Assembly: GCA_965198005.1 (NCBI GenBank)
Contig: CBDAOI010000004.1
Coordinates: 1,613,779 to 1,677,778 of the forward strand
Source of the DNA: Spirochaetia bacterium
GTDB lineage: Bacteria > Spirochaetota > Spirochaetia > SZUA-6 > Bin103
DNA: 64,000 bases
Direction of reading: 5' to 3'
Below, piece by piece: positions 20,035-29,946 of this stretch. Below the pieces are notes generated by a model. The model saw only the letters and a list, made by a program, of their open reading frames with translations. It ran no database searches and had not been told where the DNA came from. The first letter of the stretch is position 1; every line of letters starts with the position of its first letter. Both the position numbers and the translations under genes were made by a program.

Positions 20035-20871
20035 CTACCACATGACGAAGCCGCCCGGAGTGTTGATGTCCTGCCCGGTGATGCTGCGCGCTTCGTCGGA
20101 GGCGAGGAACACGGCCACGGCCGCCGCGTCGTCCGAGGTGCCGTGGTCCTGCACGTAGCCTTCGGACTGCAGCCAGTGCCCGGCCAGCACCTTGTTGGCC
20201 GGTTTCGGGCCGGGGGTATAGTTGATGTAGGTGTCGTCGTCTAACGGTTGTCCTCGGTAGCGGGCGAGCGCCTTGCCGTTCTCGTGGTCGCGCGCCGCGT
20301 GCCCGCCCGGACAGATGGCGTTGACGGTGACGTCATGGCGGCCCACCTCGGCCGCCAGCGTGCGGGTCAGGCCGATCACCGCCATCTTGGTGGTCGCGTA
20401 CGGCGCGCGGTGGGGCAGGGGCTGCTTGCCGGTGGGCGAGCTGAAGGTGATGATCCGGCCGCGGCGACGGCGGATCATCTCCGGCAGCACCGCCTTGCAG
20501 CACAGGAAGATCGAATCGAGATTGATCGCCAGCGTCTGTTTCCACTCGGCCAGCGTCACCTCGTGCAGGTCCTTGGTGGGGCCGGCGATGCCCACCACCG
20601 GGGCCAGGATGTCGATCGTGCCGTACTCGGCCAGCGTGCGCTCGACCATCCGGTTGACCTGCCGCTCATCCGCCACGTCGGTCCGAAAGCAAAGCGCGCG
20701 GCTGCCGGCCGCCCGCACCGCGGCGCCGGTGGTGGCGTCGAGCTCCTCGGCCGGCATCAGGTCGCAGATAGCCAGCAGCGCGCCCTCGGCGGCAAAGCGC
20801 CTGGCCATGGTTTCGGCATGACCTCGTGCGGCACCGGTAATCAGTGCGACCTTGTTCTCCAGTCGTCCCAT
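20035..20871 (-). CDS. short-chain dehydrogenase/reductase (FabG-like)
   Basis: VALITGAARGHAE Rossmann motif. Paralog of 21608-22443. Confidence 0.75.
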   Translation of the reverse strand: MGRLENKVALITGAARGHAETMARRFAAEGALLAICDLMPAEELDATTGAAVRAAGSRALCFRTDVADERQVNRMVERTLAEYGTIDILAPVVGIAGPTKDLHEVTLAEWKQTLAINLDSIFLCCKAVLPEMIRRRRGRIITFSSPTGKQPLPHRAPYATTKMAVIGLTRTLAAEVGRHDVTVNAICPGGHAARDHENGKALARYRGQPLDDDTYINYTPGPKPANKVLAGHWLQSEGYVQDHGTSDDAAAVAVFLASDEARSITGQDINTPGGFVMW

Positions 20872-20951
20872 TGCATCTCCTGTAGCGCGCCGTCAGCCCG
20901 CAGCAGCCGGCCAATTGCGGAACATTACCGTGCGGTATAGCCTCACGCACA

Positions 20952-21359
20952 ATGGTCGACAAGGTTGCGGTCAATACTACTATCGGCAAGGATTCCAGCT
21001 TCCAGGGCCGTTGTGCGGTAAAGGGCAGCCTGCGCATCGACGGCCACTTCGAGGGGCCGCGACTCGAGGTCGAACAGCTCTACGTCGGACCGTCGGCGCG
21101 GATCAAGACCGACCTGTTCGTTACCAGCGTGGTGGTGGAGGGGGTGGTGCTGGGCAACATAACGGCCGACAACCGCGTGCTGCTGTTGTCCACCGCACGC
21201 GTCATCGGCGATCTGCGCACCCCGGAGCTGATACTGCAGGACGGGGTGATCCTCGACGGCCGCTGCTCGGTCGGCCGCATGGGCCGGGACAGCGCCCACC
21301 GTTTCATCGCCGCGCTGTACGAAAAACAGGTGGCCGCCCCCGAAGCTGCCGCGCGCTGA
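20952..21359 (+). CDS. bactofilin-family (DUF583) polymer-forming protein
   Basis: IGKDSSFQGRCAVKGSLRIDGHFEG repeated beta-helical pattern. Confidence 0.6.
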   Translation: MVDKVAVNTTIGKDSSFQGRCAVKGSLRIDGHFEGPRLEVEQLYVGPSARIKTDLFVTSVVVEGVVLGNITADNRVLLLSTARVIGDLRTPELILQDGVILDGRCSVGRMGRDSAHRFIAALYEKQVAAPEAAAR

Positions 21360-21463
21360 CCGTCACCCGCCGATGGTAGATCCGGCTACGCGAGCCGGCT
21401 CAGCAGACCCCGGACGAGCCGCTTGACATCGCGGGCTGCGTGCGGCACCTTTGGTTGGTAGTT

Positions 21464-21535
21464 GGCCCCTTCGTCTATCGGCTAGGACATGAGACTCTCA
21501 TTCTCAAAAGAGGGGTTCGATTCCCCTAGGGGCTA
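21464..21535 (+). tRNA. tRNA-Glu (anticodon CUC), 72 nt, 4-nt variable loop, CCA not encoded
   Basis: Manual fold: acceptor GGCCCCU/AGGGGCU; anticodon stem UGAGA/UCUCA; loop CUCUCAU; T arm AGGGG-UUCGAUU-CCCCU. The body is near-identical to canonical bacterial tRNA-Glu. Confidence 0.7.
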
Positions 21536-21607
21536 ATCCAAGCGGGCGCTCGCTCAGGCTCGGCGCCTAGCCGCCGAATGCCCCGTACACGAGTTCGACG
21601 TGGCCGT

Positions 21608-22443
21608 TCACCACATCACCGAGCCGCCCTCCACGTTGAGGTCCTGGCCGGTGATGTGGCGCGCCTCGTCGGATGCGAGGAACACGGCCATGGCGGCCAC
21701 GTCTTCGGGGGTGCCGAAGTCGTGCCGGTAGCCTTCAATGGCGGACCAGCGTCCCGCCAGGCTCGCGCCCTGGTTGGGTTGGTCCTCGGCGGGCGGCCGG
21801 TACTCTTTCTCATCGTACGGCGCGCCCAGGTATTCGGCCATGGCGCGCCGCAGTTCGCGGCTGCGCGCTTCATGCGAGCCCGGACAGATCGCATTCACCG
21901 TGATCCGATAGCGGCCGACGTCGGCGGCCAAGGTGCGGGTAAAGCCGATCACCCCCATCTTGGTGGTCGCATACGGCGCGCGGTGCACCAGCGGCTGCTT
22001 GCCGGTCGCCGAGCTGAAGTTGATGATCCGACCCCGCCGCCGCCGGATCATCTCCGGCAGCACCGCCCTGGAACACAGAAACAGGGAGTCGAGATTGACC
22101 TGGAGCGTGAGGCGCCACTCGCCGAGGGACGTCTGCCAGATGTCCTTGGTCGGGCCGGCGATGCCGACCACGTTGCCCAGGATGTCGATGGTGCCGTACT
22201 CCTCGATGGTACGCTGCACCATCGCGTTGACCTGCTCCTCGTCCGATACGTCGGTCTGAAAGCACAGCGCGCGCCGGCCGCACGCGCGGATTGCGGCGCC
22301 GGTGCTCTGTTCGAGCTGGCTGGTCGGGACGATGTCGCAGATCGCCAGATCGGCCCCTTCGCGGGCAAACCGCTTGGCGACCGCCTCGGCGTGACCGCGC
22401 GCCGCTCCGGTCACGAGCGCGATCCTGCCTCTTAGGCGGCCCA
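21608..22443 (-). CDS. short-chain dehydrogenase/reductase, paralog of 20035-20871
   Basis: IALVTGAARGHAEAVAKRFAREGADLAICD. Start probably MGRLRGR. The upstream part of the ORF-track ORF is likely untranslated. Confidence 0.7.
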
Positions 22444-22636
22444 TGCCGACCGTCCCGCGGCCGGCAGAGCAGCCGCCGGCAGAGCTTCGTACGTGCGCAT
22501 ACCGCGACAAAGAAAACAATAGAGCGGTGCGCGGGTCAACCCGTTTGCGTCACTACGTCACGCCGCGTCACCCCCCGATGCGCTTACCGGCGATTGACTG
22601 AAACCGGACCTCGTGCGATGACGGCCGCACACGAGC

Positions 22637-23581
22637 ATGGCACGCCGCATCAATCGAGCGATCGAGCTGCTGGCCGACGGGGAGCCGGTCTACTACGCCG
22701 GCGGCCACACCGGGCTGGGGCGCACCTTCGGCAGCGTGCCGGCCGGCACGCTGACCGGCGAGCACTCTCCGATTCTGACCTGTGAGCAGGGCCGCACCGA
22801 CGCCGGGCACTGGGCCGACTACATCAACGTCGGGTTCGAGCACGGCTCCTTCAATCCGGCCGGCCTCGATGACTATCTGCACGGCATGGTCGACGCCGGG
22901 CCGACCCGTAGCGGACACCGCACGCCGGCGGTCATCGTCGAGGCGCCGGTCGGCGGGATCTCGCGCGAGATGGTGCGCTTCAATGCCTGGCAGTTCCAGC
23001 AGATCCTGGCGCGCGGGGTGCACGGCATCATTCTGTGCCAGGCCACGGTGCCGGGGGCGGTGCAGGCGTTCGTGGAGGGCTGCCGCTACGCGGTGAACCG
23101 GACCGGCGTCGGCAAGGGGCTGGACGTCGGCTACCGCGGGATCGGCTCGGAACGGAGCGCAGCCCACGTCTGGGGCGTCGATGCCGATACTTACATCGCC
23201 AAGGCCGACCCCTGGCCGCTGACCCCGGACGGAGAGCTGCTGCTGGGAGTCAAGATCGAATCGAAGGCGGCGGTGCCCCACGTCGAGGAGATCCTGGCCG
23301 TGCCCGGCATCATGTTCGCCGAGGTGGGACCCGGTGACCTGGGGCTGACCCTCGGCTACCGCAAGCTGCCCGATCCGTGGCCGCCGGAGATGGTCGAAAT
23401 CGAGCAGCGGGTGGCGGAGGCCTGCCGGGCCAACGGCGTCGGCTTCCATCCGTTCACCGGCAACGTCGAGCTGGCCGACATCCCCGCCGTGATCGACCGC
23501 GGCGGCCGGTACTTCACCGCCACCAGCGAGGAGTTGGCCAAGCTCGGCCGCGCCCATACGCGCCGCCGGATGCCCGTCTAG
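22637..23581 (+). CDS. HpcH/HpaI aldolase / citrate-lyase beta family protein
   Basis: RRINRAIELLADGEPVYY...PGIMFAEVGPGDLGLTLG family blocks. Confidence 0.7.
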   Translation: MARRINRAIELLADGEPVYYAGGHTGLGRTFGSVPAGTLTGEHSPILTCEQGRTDAGHWADYINVGFEHGSFNPAGLDDYLHGMVDAGPTRSGHRTPAVIVEAPVGGISREMVRFNAWQFQQILARGVHGIILCQATVPGAVQAFVEGCRYAVNRTGVGKGLDVGYRGIGSERSAAHVWGVDADTYIAKADPWPLTPDGELLLGVKIESKAAVPHVEEILAVPGIMFAEVGPGDLGLTLGYRKLPDPWPPEMVEIEQRVAEACRANGVGFHPFTGNVELADIPAVIDRGGRYFTATSEELAKLGRAHTRRRMPV

Positions 23582-23587
23582 GACCCT

Positions 23588-24760
23588 TCAGGAAAGAAAC
23601 ACGTCCATGAACCGGTCGATCGCGAAGTGCTCTTCGAACAGGCGTTCGATCTCCGCGATCTTGCCGGTGTCGTATACCTGCAGCTTGGTGCTCTCGTAGA
23701 TCCGGAACAGCCGCTCCTCGGTGGCGGCGGAATCTTCCCTGACGTACAGCGCCGGGACGCCGGCCCGGATCAGCGCGTCGCGCGCGCCCGCATCGACCGC
23801 CTCGGTCTCGCCGCAGGTGAGGATCACTCCGGCGATGCCGCCGCGGCGCAGAATTGCCGCGTGATACTCGAGGATCAGGTGAATCCGCGGCGTCGAACTG
23901 GCGCCGATGATCAGGACGTCGCCCGGCCCCACGTAGTGCTCGATCTGTGACCGCAGTTGCCGCGCCGGCAGCGATACCAGCTTGACCGACATGCACGGGC
24001 GGCGCCAGGCGATCGCCTCCGGGTCGCCGAACGGCTCCACCTTCGGCAGCGCCCCCAGGATCACGCGCATCGAGGGCCGCGGCAGGTTGGGAATGACCGG
24101 CATGTAGCCGAAGATGTGCAGCGGCCCGCCGTTGGCGTGCGCGTAGCGCTGGTTGATCAGATCCTCGGTGATGTAGCGGCGCACCAGCTCCGCCTTTTCC
24201 GGAATCACCTTATTGATGATCAGCCCGCGTACGCGGCAGCCGTGATACAGGAAGTAGGTGAGATCGACGTCGATCATGTCCAGCGCCTGGCCGATGCCGG
24301 CGCCGGAAACGAAGATGGTCTCGGCGCCGAGCAGCTTCCCGACCACCGCGTTCGACAAGCCCACCACGCTGCCGACGCCGGGATGCCCCGACCCCTCGGC
24401 AATCACGATCCGCCGTCCGGCGAGATGCTTCAGAGCCTGGTCGATCTCCATCGACAGCGCGCGCGTGAGGCGCTTGCGGTAGCGCGAGTCGAGGTAGGAG
24501 CGGGTGAAGTTGCCGGAGAACCGGACCGGCGAAAGCTTCTCCAACGGCAGATCGGGGATCTGCGCGAACTCCCCGATCAACTCGACGTCCTTGTCCACCA
24601 CGCTCGCGCCGTGGCGCACGAGCTGCTGGCCGACCGGCTTGAGGTAGCCGATCTCGTGCGCCGGGAGGTATTTGCGCAGTTGCGAGATCAGCCCGAGGCT
24701 GGTCACCGTCTTGCCCGCGTGCTGGCGGAAGCCGGTCAGATAGACGATGACGGGAGCCAT
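23588..24760 (-). CDS. P-loop (Pta N-terminal-like, AAA_26) plus DRTGG-domain protein
   Basis: N-terminus VIVYLTGFRQHAGKTVTSLGL resembles the Pta N-domain (IMLIPTGTSVGLTSVSLG). C-terminal DRTGG-like LIIGASSTPRIHL...VILTCG. Confidence 0.55.
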   Translation of the reverse strand: MAPVIVYLTGFRQHAGKTVTSLGLISQLRKYLPAHEIGYLKPVGQQLVRHGASVVDKDVELIGEFAQIPDLPLEKLSPVRFSGNFTRSYLDSRYRKRLTRALSMEIDQALKHLAGRRIVIAEGSGHPGVGSVVGLSNAVVGKLLGAETIFVSGAGIGQALDMIDVDLTYFLYHGCRVRGLIINKVIPEKAELVRRYITEDLINQRYAHANGGPLHIFGYMPVIPNLPRPSMRVILGALPKVEPFGDPEAIAWRRPCMSVKLVSLPARQLRSQIEHYVGPGDVLIIGASSTPRIHLILEYHAAILRRGGIAGVILTCGETEAVDAGARDALIRAGVPALYVREDSAATEERLFRIYESTKLQVYDTGKIAEIERLFEEHFAIDRFMDVFLS

Positions 24761-24787
24761 CGGCGTGAGCGCGGGACCGGCGCGTGC

Positions 24788-26755
24788 CTACCGGAACAGC
24801 TCGGCGATGCGGCTCGCGTACTGATCGGAGATCACGTGGCGCCGCATCTTCAGCGTATGGGTGAGCTCGCGCCCCACCTCGAACGGCTGCTGGATCAGCG
24901 CGATGCGGGCGATGCGCTCGAAGCTCTTGAACCCGTTCTTGGCGTTGACCCGGCTCTGCACTTCGCCCTGGATCAGGTTGCGGACCGCGTCGGTGGCGAG
25001 CAGCGCCGCCGGGTCGTCGCGCGGCAGTCCCTGCTCGGCGGCGAAGGCGGCCAGGTGGTCGGCGTTGGGCACGATCAGGGCGCCCAGGAAGCGCTGGTCC
25101 TGTCCCACCACCATGACGTGCTCGACGTAGTCCGACTGCCGCACCAGTTCCTCGATCGGCTCCGGCTCGACGTTCTCGCCGCCGAGCAGCACGACCGTGT
25201 CCTTGGCCCGCCCGGTGATCCGGATCTGACCGTCGACGGTGAGGGTGCCGATGTCACCGGTGTCCAGCCAGCCCTCGCCAGAGATCACCGTGGCCGTGTC
25301 GTCGACCCGCTTGTAGTAGCCGCGCATGATCTGCGGCCCGCGCACGTGGATCACGCCCCGCTCGCCGGGCGCCGCCTGCTCGCCGTTTTCCTTGACGATC
25401 TTGACCTCGGTGCCGGCCAGCGGCGGTCCTACCGTGCCGGTCACCGGCCGGCGCAGCGTCCGTACCGAGACCACCGGCGCGGCCTCGGTCAGCCCGTAGC
25501 CTTCCAGCACCACGATGCCGGCCGCGGCAAAGAACTCGTCCACGTAGCCGGGCAGGGCGCCCGCGCCGGACACGCCCGCCTTGAACCGCTTGCCGAGCCG
25601 GGCCGTGATCTTCTTGAACACCAGCACCGTGCCCAGGAGCTGGAACGGGGTGAGCAGCAGCAGCGGCAGGATCGCGGCCAGCATGTCGAGCACGCGCGGC
25701 CGGCGCGTAAACCGCGGCAACTGCCCGAGCAGCAGCATCTTCATCTTGCCGTGCAGAGCGCCGACGGCGATGAAAAACTTGAACAGCGCCGCCTTGACGC
25801 CGCCCTCGGCTTCGACGTTGCGATACACGCCGGCGCGCACCGCCTCCCAGATGCGCGGCACGGTCGGGAAGTAGGTGGGGTTGGCCTCGACCAGATCGGC
25901 CAGCATCACGTCGCGGAGCGGTTTGGAGTAGGCGATGGTGGCGCCCGCGCACAGCCCTACGTACTCGATGATCCGTTCGTAGGAGTGCCACACCGGCAGC
26001 ACCGAGAGCAGCGTGTCGTCGGTGCCGATGGGCAGCGAGTGGGGCATGGCATCGATCTGATACATGAAGTTGGCGTGGGTCAACATCACCCCCTTCGGTT
26101 CGCCGGTGGTGCCGGAGGTGTAGATGACGGTGGCTACGTCGTCGCCGGAGCCCGCGGCCACCGCCGCGCGAAACCGTGCCTCCGGTTGCTCCGACGCTTC
26201 CCCGGCTTGGCGCAGGTCGTCGATGGTCACCACCCGCAGCCCGCGGCTGGCGGCCGCGGCGGCCGCGTCGCCGTCGAGGTCGGTCGGATCGAGCACGAAC
26301 GCGGTGTGGAGCTGCGGCAGCCGATCCTTGATGCCCGCCAGCTTCGCCAACTGGGCCGCATCCTCGACGCAGGTCAGCTTGCAGTCGGCGTGTCCGAGGA
26401 TGTAGGCCAGCTCGTCGCCGGTGGAATCGCTGCCGCGCGGCACGTCGACCGCGCCCAGTCCGAGCAGCGCCAGGTCGAGCAGCAGCCACTCCTTGCGCGT
26501 GTCGCAGATCAGGCCCACGTGATCGCCGCGCGCCACCTCGTGGCGGGCCAGCCCCGCCGCCAGCGTGGCCACCTCCGCCAGGAGCTGCCGCTCGGTGGTC
26601 GGCTGAAACGGGCCGCCGGCGCCTCGACTGAGCACCGCGTTCTGGTCCGGGTACCGCTCCACCACGCGCAGGAAGCGCTGGGGGACGGTTTCGCCTGCCG
26701 CGCCGCCGGGGGTGCCGGGGCCGGGCGATTCTAAGTTCCGCGTAGACATAGCCAT
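24788..26755 (-). CDS. long-chain acyl-CoA (or acyl-ACP) synthetase, AMP-binding family
   Basis: VIYTSGTTGEPKGVMLTH AMP-binding motif. 655 aa. Confidence 0.8.
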   Translation of the reverse strand: MAMSTRNLESPGPGTPGGAAGETVPQRFLRVVERYPDQNAVLSRGAGGPFQPTTERQLLAEVATLAAGLARHEVARGDHVGLICDTRKEWLLLDLALLGLGAVDVPRGSDSTGDELAYILGHADCKLTCVEDAAQLAKLAGIKDRLPQLHTAFVLDPTDLDGDAAAAAASRGLRVVTIDDLRQAGEASEQPEARFRAAVAAGSGDDVATVIYTSGTTGEPKGVMLTHANFMYQIDAMPHSLPIGTDDTLLSVLPVWHSYERIIEYVGLCAGATIAYSKPLRDVMLADLVEANPTYFPTVPRIWEAVRAGVYRNVEAEGGVKAALFKFFIAVGALHGKMKMLLLGQLPRFTRRPRVLDMLAAILPLLLLTPFQLLGTVLVFKKITARLGKRFKAGVSGAGALPGYVDEFFAAAGIVVLEGYGLTEAAPVVSVRTLRRPVTGTVGPPLAGTEVKIVKENGEQAAPGERGVIHVRGPQIMRGYYKRVDDTATVISGEGWLDTGDIGTLTVDGQIRITGRAKDTVVLLGGENVEPEPIEELVRQSDYVEHVMVVGQDQRFLGALIVPNADHLAAFAAEQGLPRDDPAALLATDAVRNLIQGEVQSRVNAKNGFKSFERIARIALIQQPFEVGRELTHTLKMRRHVISDQYASRIAELFR

Positions 26756-27183
26756 TCAGCCTCCGCTGCCAGCTCGTCGCCAACGTAGACCTTGCCACTC
26801 TGGCGGAGCGAGTTGGGAGTCATTCGTTTGGTTCGTACCACGATCCGCGCCTCGTCGCCGGGACGCACCTGACGCCGGAAGCGGGCCTTCTCGACGCTGG
26901 CCAGGAAGCTGACGCCGGTCTCGCCCGCGGCCGCCGCGGCGGTTGCCCCCGCCCCGCCGCACTGCGCCATGCACTCGACCAACAGCACGCCCGGCACCAC
27001 CGGATAGCCGGGGAAGTGTCCGGCGAAGAACGGCTCATCGGGTTTGAACCGCCTGTAGCCAATGATTTCGCCGTCACCGGCCTGCTCGATCCGGTCGACC
27101 AGCAGGAACGGGTCGCGGTGGGGCAGCAGCTCGGTGATCGGCCGCACGCTAGATGATCCCCAGCTTGCGCGCCTGCGTGGCAC
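26731..27183 (-). CDS. FabZ-like 3-hydroxyacyl-ACP dehydratase (hotdog fold)
   Basis: LLPHRDPFLLVDRIEQ...GHFPGYPVVPGVLLVECMAQ. Confidence 0.7.
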   Translation of the reverse strand: MPRRRASWGSSSVRPITELLPHRDPFLLVDRIEQAGDGEIIGYRRFKPDEPFFAGHFPGYPVVPGVLLVECMAQCGGAGATAAAAAGETGVSFLASVEKARFRRQVRPGDEARIVVRTKRMTPNSLRQSGKVYVGDELAAEAEWLCLRGT

Positions 27184-28405
27184 AGGTCTCCAGCGCGCAG
27201 TCCAGCTCGTCGTCGCTGTGGATCGCCATGTAGGAGGTGCGGATCAGCGCCCCGTCCGGCGGTGCGGCGGGACTCACCACCGGATTGGTGTACAGCCCGT
27301 GATCCATCAGCGCCCGGTAGAATTGAAAGGTGAGGACGTCGTCGCCGATGATCAGCGGCACGATCGGCGTCTCGGTATCGCCGACGTTGAATCCCAGGCG
27401 TTTGAACTCGCGGATCATGCGCTGGCCGATCGCCTGCAGGCGCTGCGTATGGTGCGGCTCCTCCTTCATGATGCGCAGGGCCGTAGCAACCGCGGCGATG
27501 GTGGCGGGCGGCATGCTGGCGCTGAAGATGAACGAGCGCGCGTTGTGCTTGACATGGTCGATCACGTCGGCTTCGCCGGCGATGAAGCCACCCACGGCGC
27601 CGAATGACTTGGAGAAGGTGCACATCAGGATATCGGCCGCGTCGTAGCAGTCGAAGTGCTCCTGGGAGCCGCGTCCGGTAGCGCCGATCACGCCCAGGGA
27701 GTGCGCTTCATCCAGGTACAGGCGGGCGCCGTAACGGCGCCCGAGGTCTCCCAGCTCCGGCAGCGGCGCGATGTCGCCGTCCATGGAGAATACGCCGTCG
27801 GTTACGATCAACTTGCCGCCGCCGTCGTTCACGCTGCGCAGCAGGCGCTCCAGGTCCTCGAGATCGTTGTGATGATAGCGGTGGATGCGGGCGCCGCCGG
27901 TGATGCCCGCGGCCAGGAACATGCCGTCCATCAGCGAGCCGTGGTTGAGCCGGTCGGAGAACACGTGGTCGCGGCGCCCGACCAGGGCCTGAATCGCTCC
28001 CAGATTGGTCTGGTACCCGGTGGTGAACGACAGCGTGGCGGGCTTGCTCACGAACTCCGCCAGCTCCGTTTCCAGCTCCTCGTGCAGATGCAGGGTTCCG
28101 TTCAGGAAGCGCGAGCCGGAACAGCTCGTGCCATACCGGCGGGTGGCTGCGATCGCCGCCTCGATGACCCGCGGGTCCCACGACAGGCCGAGGTAGTTGT
28201 TCGAGCCGATCATGATCAGCTCGCGGCCGTCGATGATGACACGTGAACCGAGGTTCTCCTGAATCGCGGTGTAGTAGGGATAGAAGCCGATCGCCTCCAC
28301 CCGGGCCGCCTTCTGCGCGATGTAGGTGCGTACTTTCTGAAACAGATCCGTGGGCTGGTCGCTTGCGGGTGCTCGCTGCATCGTTATGTATAAGCCTGCT
28401 GGCAT
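27149..28405 (-). CDS. alpha-oxoamine synthase family PLP enzyme (serine palmitoyltransferase / KBL / BioF-like)
   Basis: NNYLGLSWDPRVIEAAIAATRRYGTSCSGSRFLNGT...FSKSFGAVGGFIAG PLP-lysine region. Confidence 0.8.
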   Translation of the reverse strand: MPAGLYITMQRAPASDQPTDLFQKVRTYIAQKAARVEAIGFYPYYTAIQENLGSRVIIDGRELIMIGSNNYLGLSWDPRVIEAAIAATRRYGTSCSGSRFLNGTLHLHEELETELAEFVSKPATLSFTTGYQTNLGAIQALVGRRDHVFSDRLNHGSLMDGMFLAAGITGGARIHRYHHNDLEDLERLLRSVNDGGGKLIVTDGVFSMDGDIAPLPELGDLGRRYGARLYLDEAHSLGVIGATGRGSQEHFDCYDAADILMCTFSKSFGAVGGFIAGEADVIDHVKHNARSFIFSASMPPATIAAVATALRIMKEEPHHTQRLQAIGQRMIREFKRLGFNVGDTETPIVPLIIGDDVLTFQFYRALMDHGLYTNPVVSPAAPPDGALIRTSYMAIHSDDELDCALETCATQARKLGII

Positions 28406-28493
28406 TGTGATACACCGTATCCAGCCGAATGTAAAGGACGCTCCCGCGGCGTCTGCCGCGTCTGCCGCACCCGCTGCATCGCCGGCCCGCCCG

Positions 28494-29150
28494 CTACCGC
28501 TCGCGGCCGGCCAGGGCGGCGAACAGGCGGGTGTACGCCGGGTCGTCCCAGCTCCGGATGCCGATGGCCCGCGCCAGAATCGATCCGTCCTTGTCGATGA
28601 CGTAGCTCATCGGCAGGGTGCGGGCGCCGTAGGTCGCCGCCGTGGAGCCGTCGCTGTCGAGCAGCACCGGGAACGTGAGCCCCAACTCCTGCACGAACTG
28701 TTCCACCACCGCCGCCTGCTCCTGCAGGTTCACGGCCACCACCGCGAAGCCGGGGGTGCCCGCGAGGGAGTCGTGCAGCCGCTGCATGGCCGGCATCTCG
28801 GTGCGGCAGGGCGCGCACCAGGTGGCCCAGAAGTTCAGGAACACGACGCTGTCGCGATACGTATCGAGCGAATAGGGGTCTCCGGCCACGTCCTGCAGAG
28901 AGAAGTCCACCGCGGCCACCGTGCGCTGCGGCATCTGGAAGCCGAGGTTCTGCATCTGCGCCAGCAGCGGGTCGCTGCCGGTGGCGGCGGTCACCGAGGC
29001 TGCCGGCGCCGCCTCGGGGTCGGGTGCGAGCGCCGGCGCCGGATGCCGTTCGCGCCACCCGAAGCCGGCGCCGCCGACCGCGGCCAGCGTGCCCAGTGCA
29101 AGTACCAGCACCCCGGGCCTGAAGGCGCGCACCGTACGCTGCATCGTCAT
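28494..29150 (-). CDS. TlpA/ResA-like thiol-disulfide oxidoreductase (thioredoxin fold)
   Basis: WATWCAPC active site. N-terminal membrane anchor. Confidence 0.65.
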   Translation of the reverse strand: MTMQRTVRAFRPGVLVLALGTLAAVGGAGFGWRERHPAPALAPDPEAAPAASVTAATGSDPLLAQMQNLGFQMPQRTVAAVDFSLQDVAGDPYSLDTYRDSVVFLNFWATWCAPCRTEMPAMQRLHDSLAGTPGFAVVAVNLQEQAAVVEQFVQELGLTFPVLLDSDGSTAATYGARTLPMSYVIDKDGSILARAIGIRSWDDPAYTRLFAALAGRER

Positions 29151-29843
29151 TGCCAGGAGCGCATGGTAGCGAACCCCTGGTGCGTGAACAAGCTGAGCGC
29201 CAGCACCGTGCCATTGAAGATCGCGTGCGCCCACGCCAGCCGATGTACCGAGCGGCGCCGGCGGTACAGTACGGCCAAGCCGCTGCCGAGCACCAGCGCC
29301 ACCGCCGCCGCCAGCCAGCCCTGATACAGGTGCCCGGCGCTGAACAGCAGCGACGCCGCCAGCACCGCGACCCAGGGCGGTGTGGCGATCTCGTCCAGCA
29401 GGGTGAGCAGGTAGGCGCGGAAGTACAGTTCCTCGCGGTAGGCGCCGAGCAGCACGAACGCGATCGCCAGCGGCGCCTGGGACAGACCCTCCAGGCGCCA
29501 GCGTTCGCCGCGCAGCAGGGCGTTCGCTACCGGTTCCGGCAGCGCCGCCACCAGCAGCGACGCCAGCACCAGCACGCCCAGCGCGGCCGCCGCGATCAGC
29601 GGCGCGTCCGCGGCGTCGCGCCACCGCGCCGTCAGGCCGAACCGCGGCCAGGCCGGGTCGGCGCGCAGCACTGCCGCCAGCACCGCGAGCTGCAGCAGCG
29701 AGCCGGCGGTGGTGGTGGCCAGGGTACGGGCGGGGCCGAGCAGTCCGGGCGCCAGAAACAGCAGCACGAACAAGCCTGCCATCTGGGCCAGCGCCGGCAC
29801 CCGCCGGCGTCGCGCCAGCGTGCGGTCTGCCTGCTCCATGGGG
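29147..29843 (-). CDS. CPBP-family (CAAX/Abi) intramembrane metalloprotease
   Basis: EELYFRAYLL ... GHLYQG ... HAIFNG motifs. Confidence 0.6.
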
Positions 29844-29946
29844 GCCATCTTAGCCGCCAAGGCCTCCTCCGACCGCCCGCGGCCGCGAGCGCGTGTCCGG
29901 GCGCCGGTGAAGCGGCAGGGTCGCGCGGGTCGTTGAACCAATTGAA

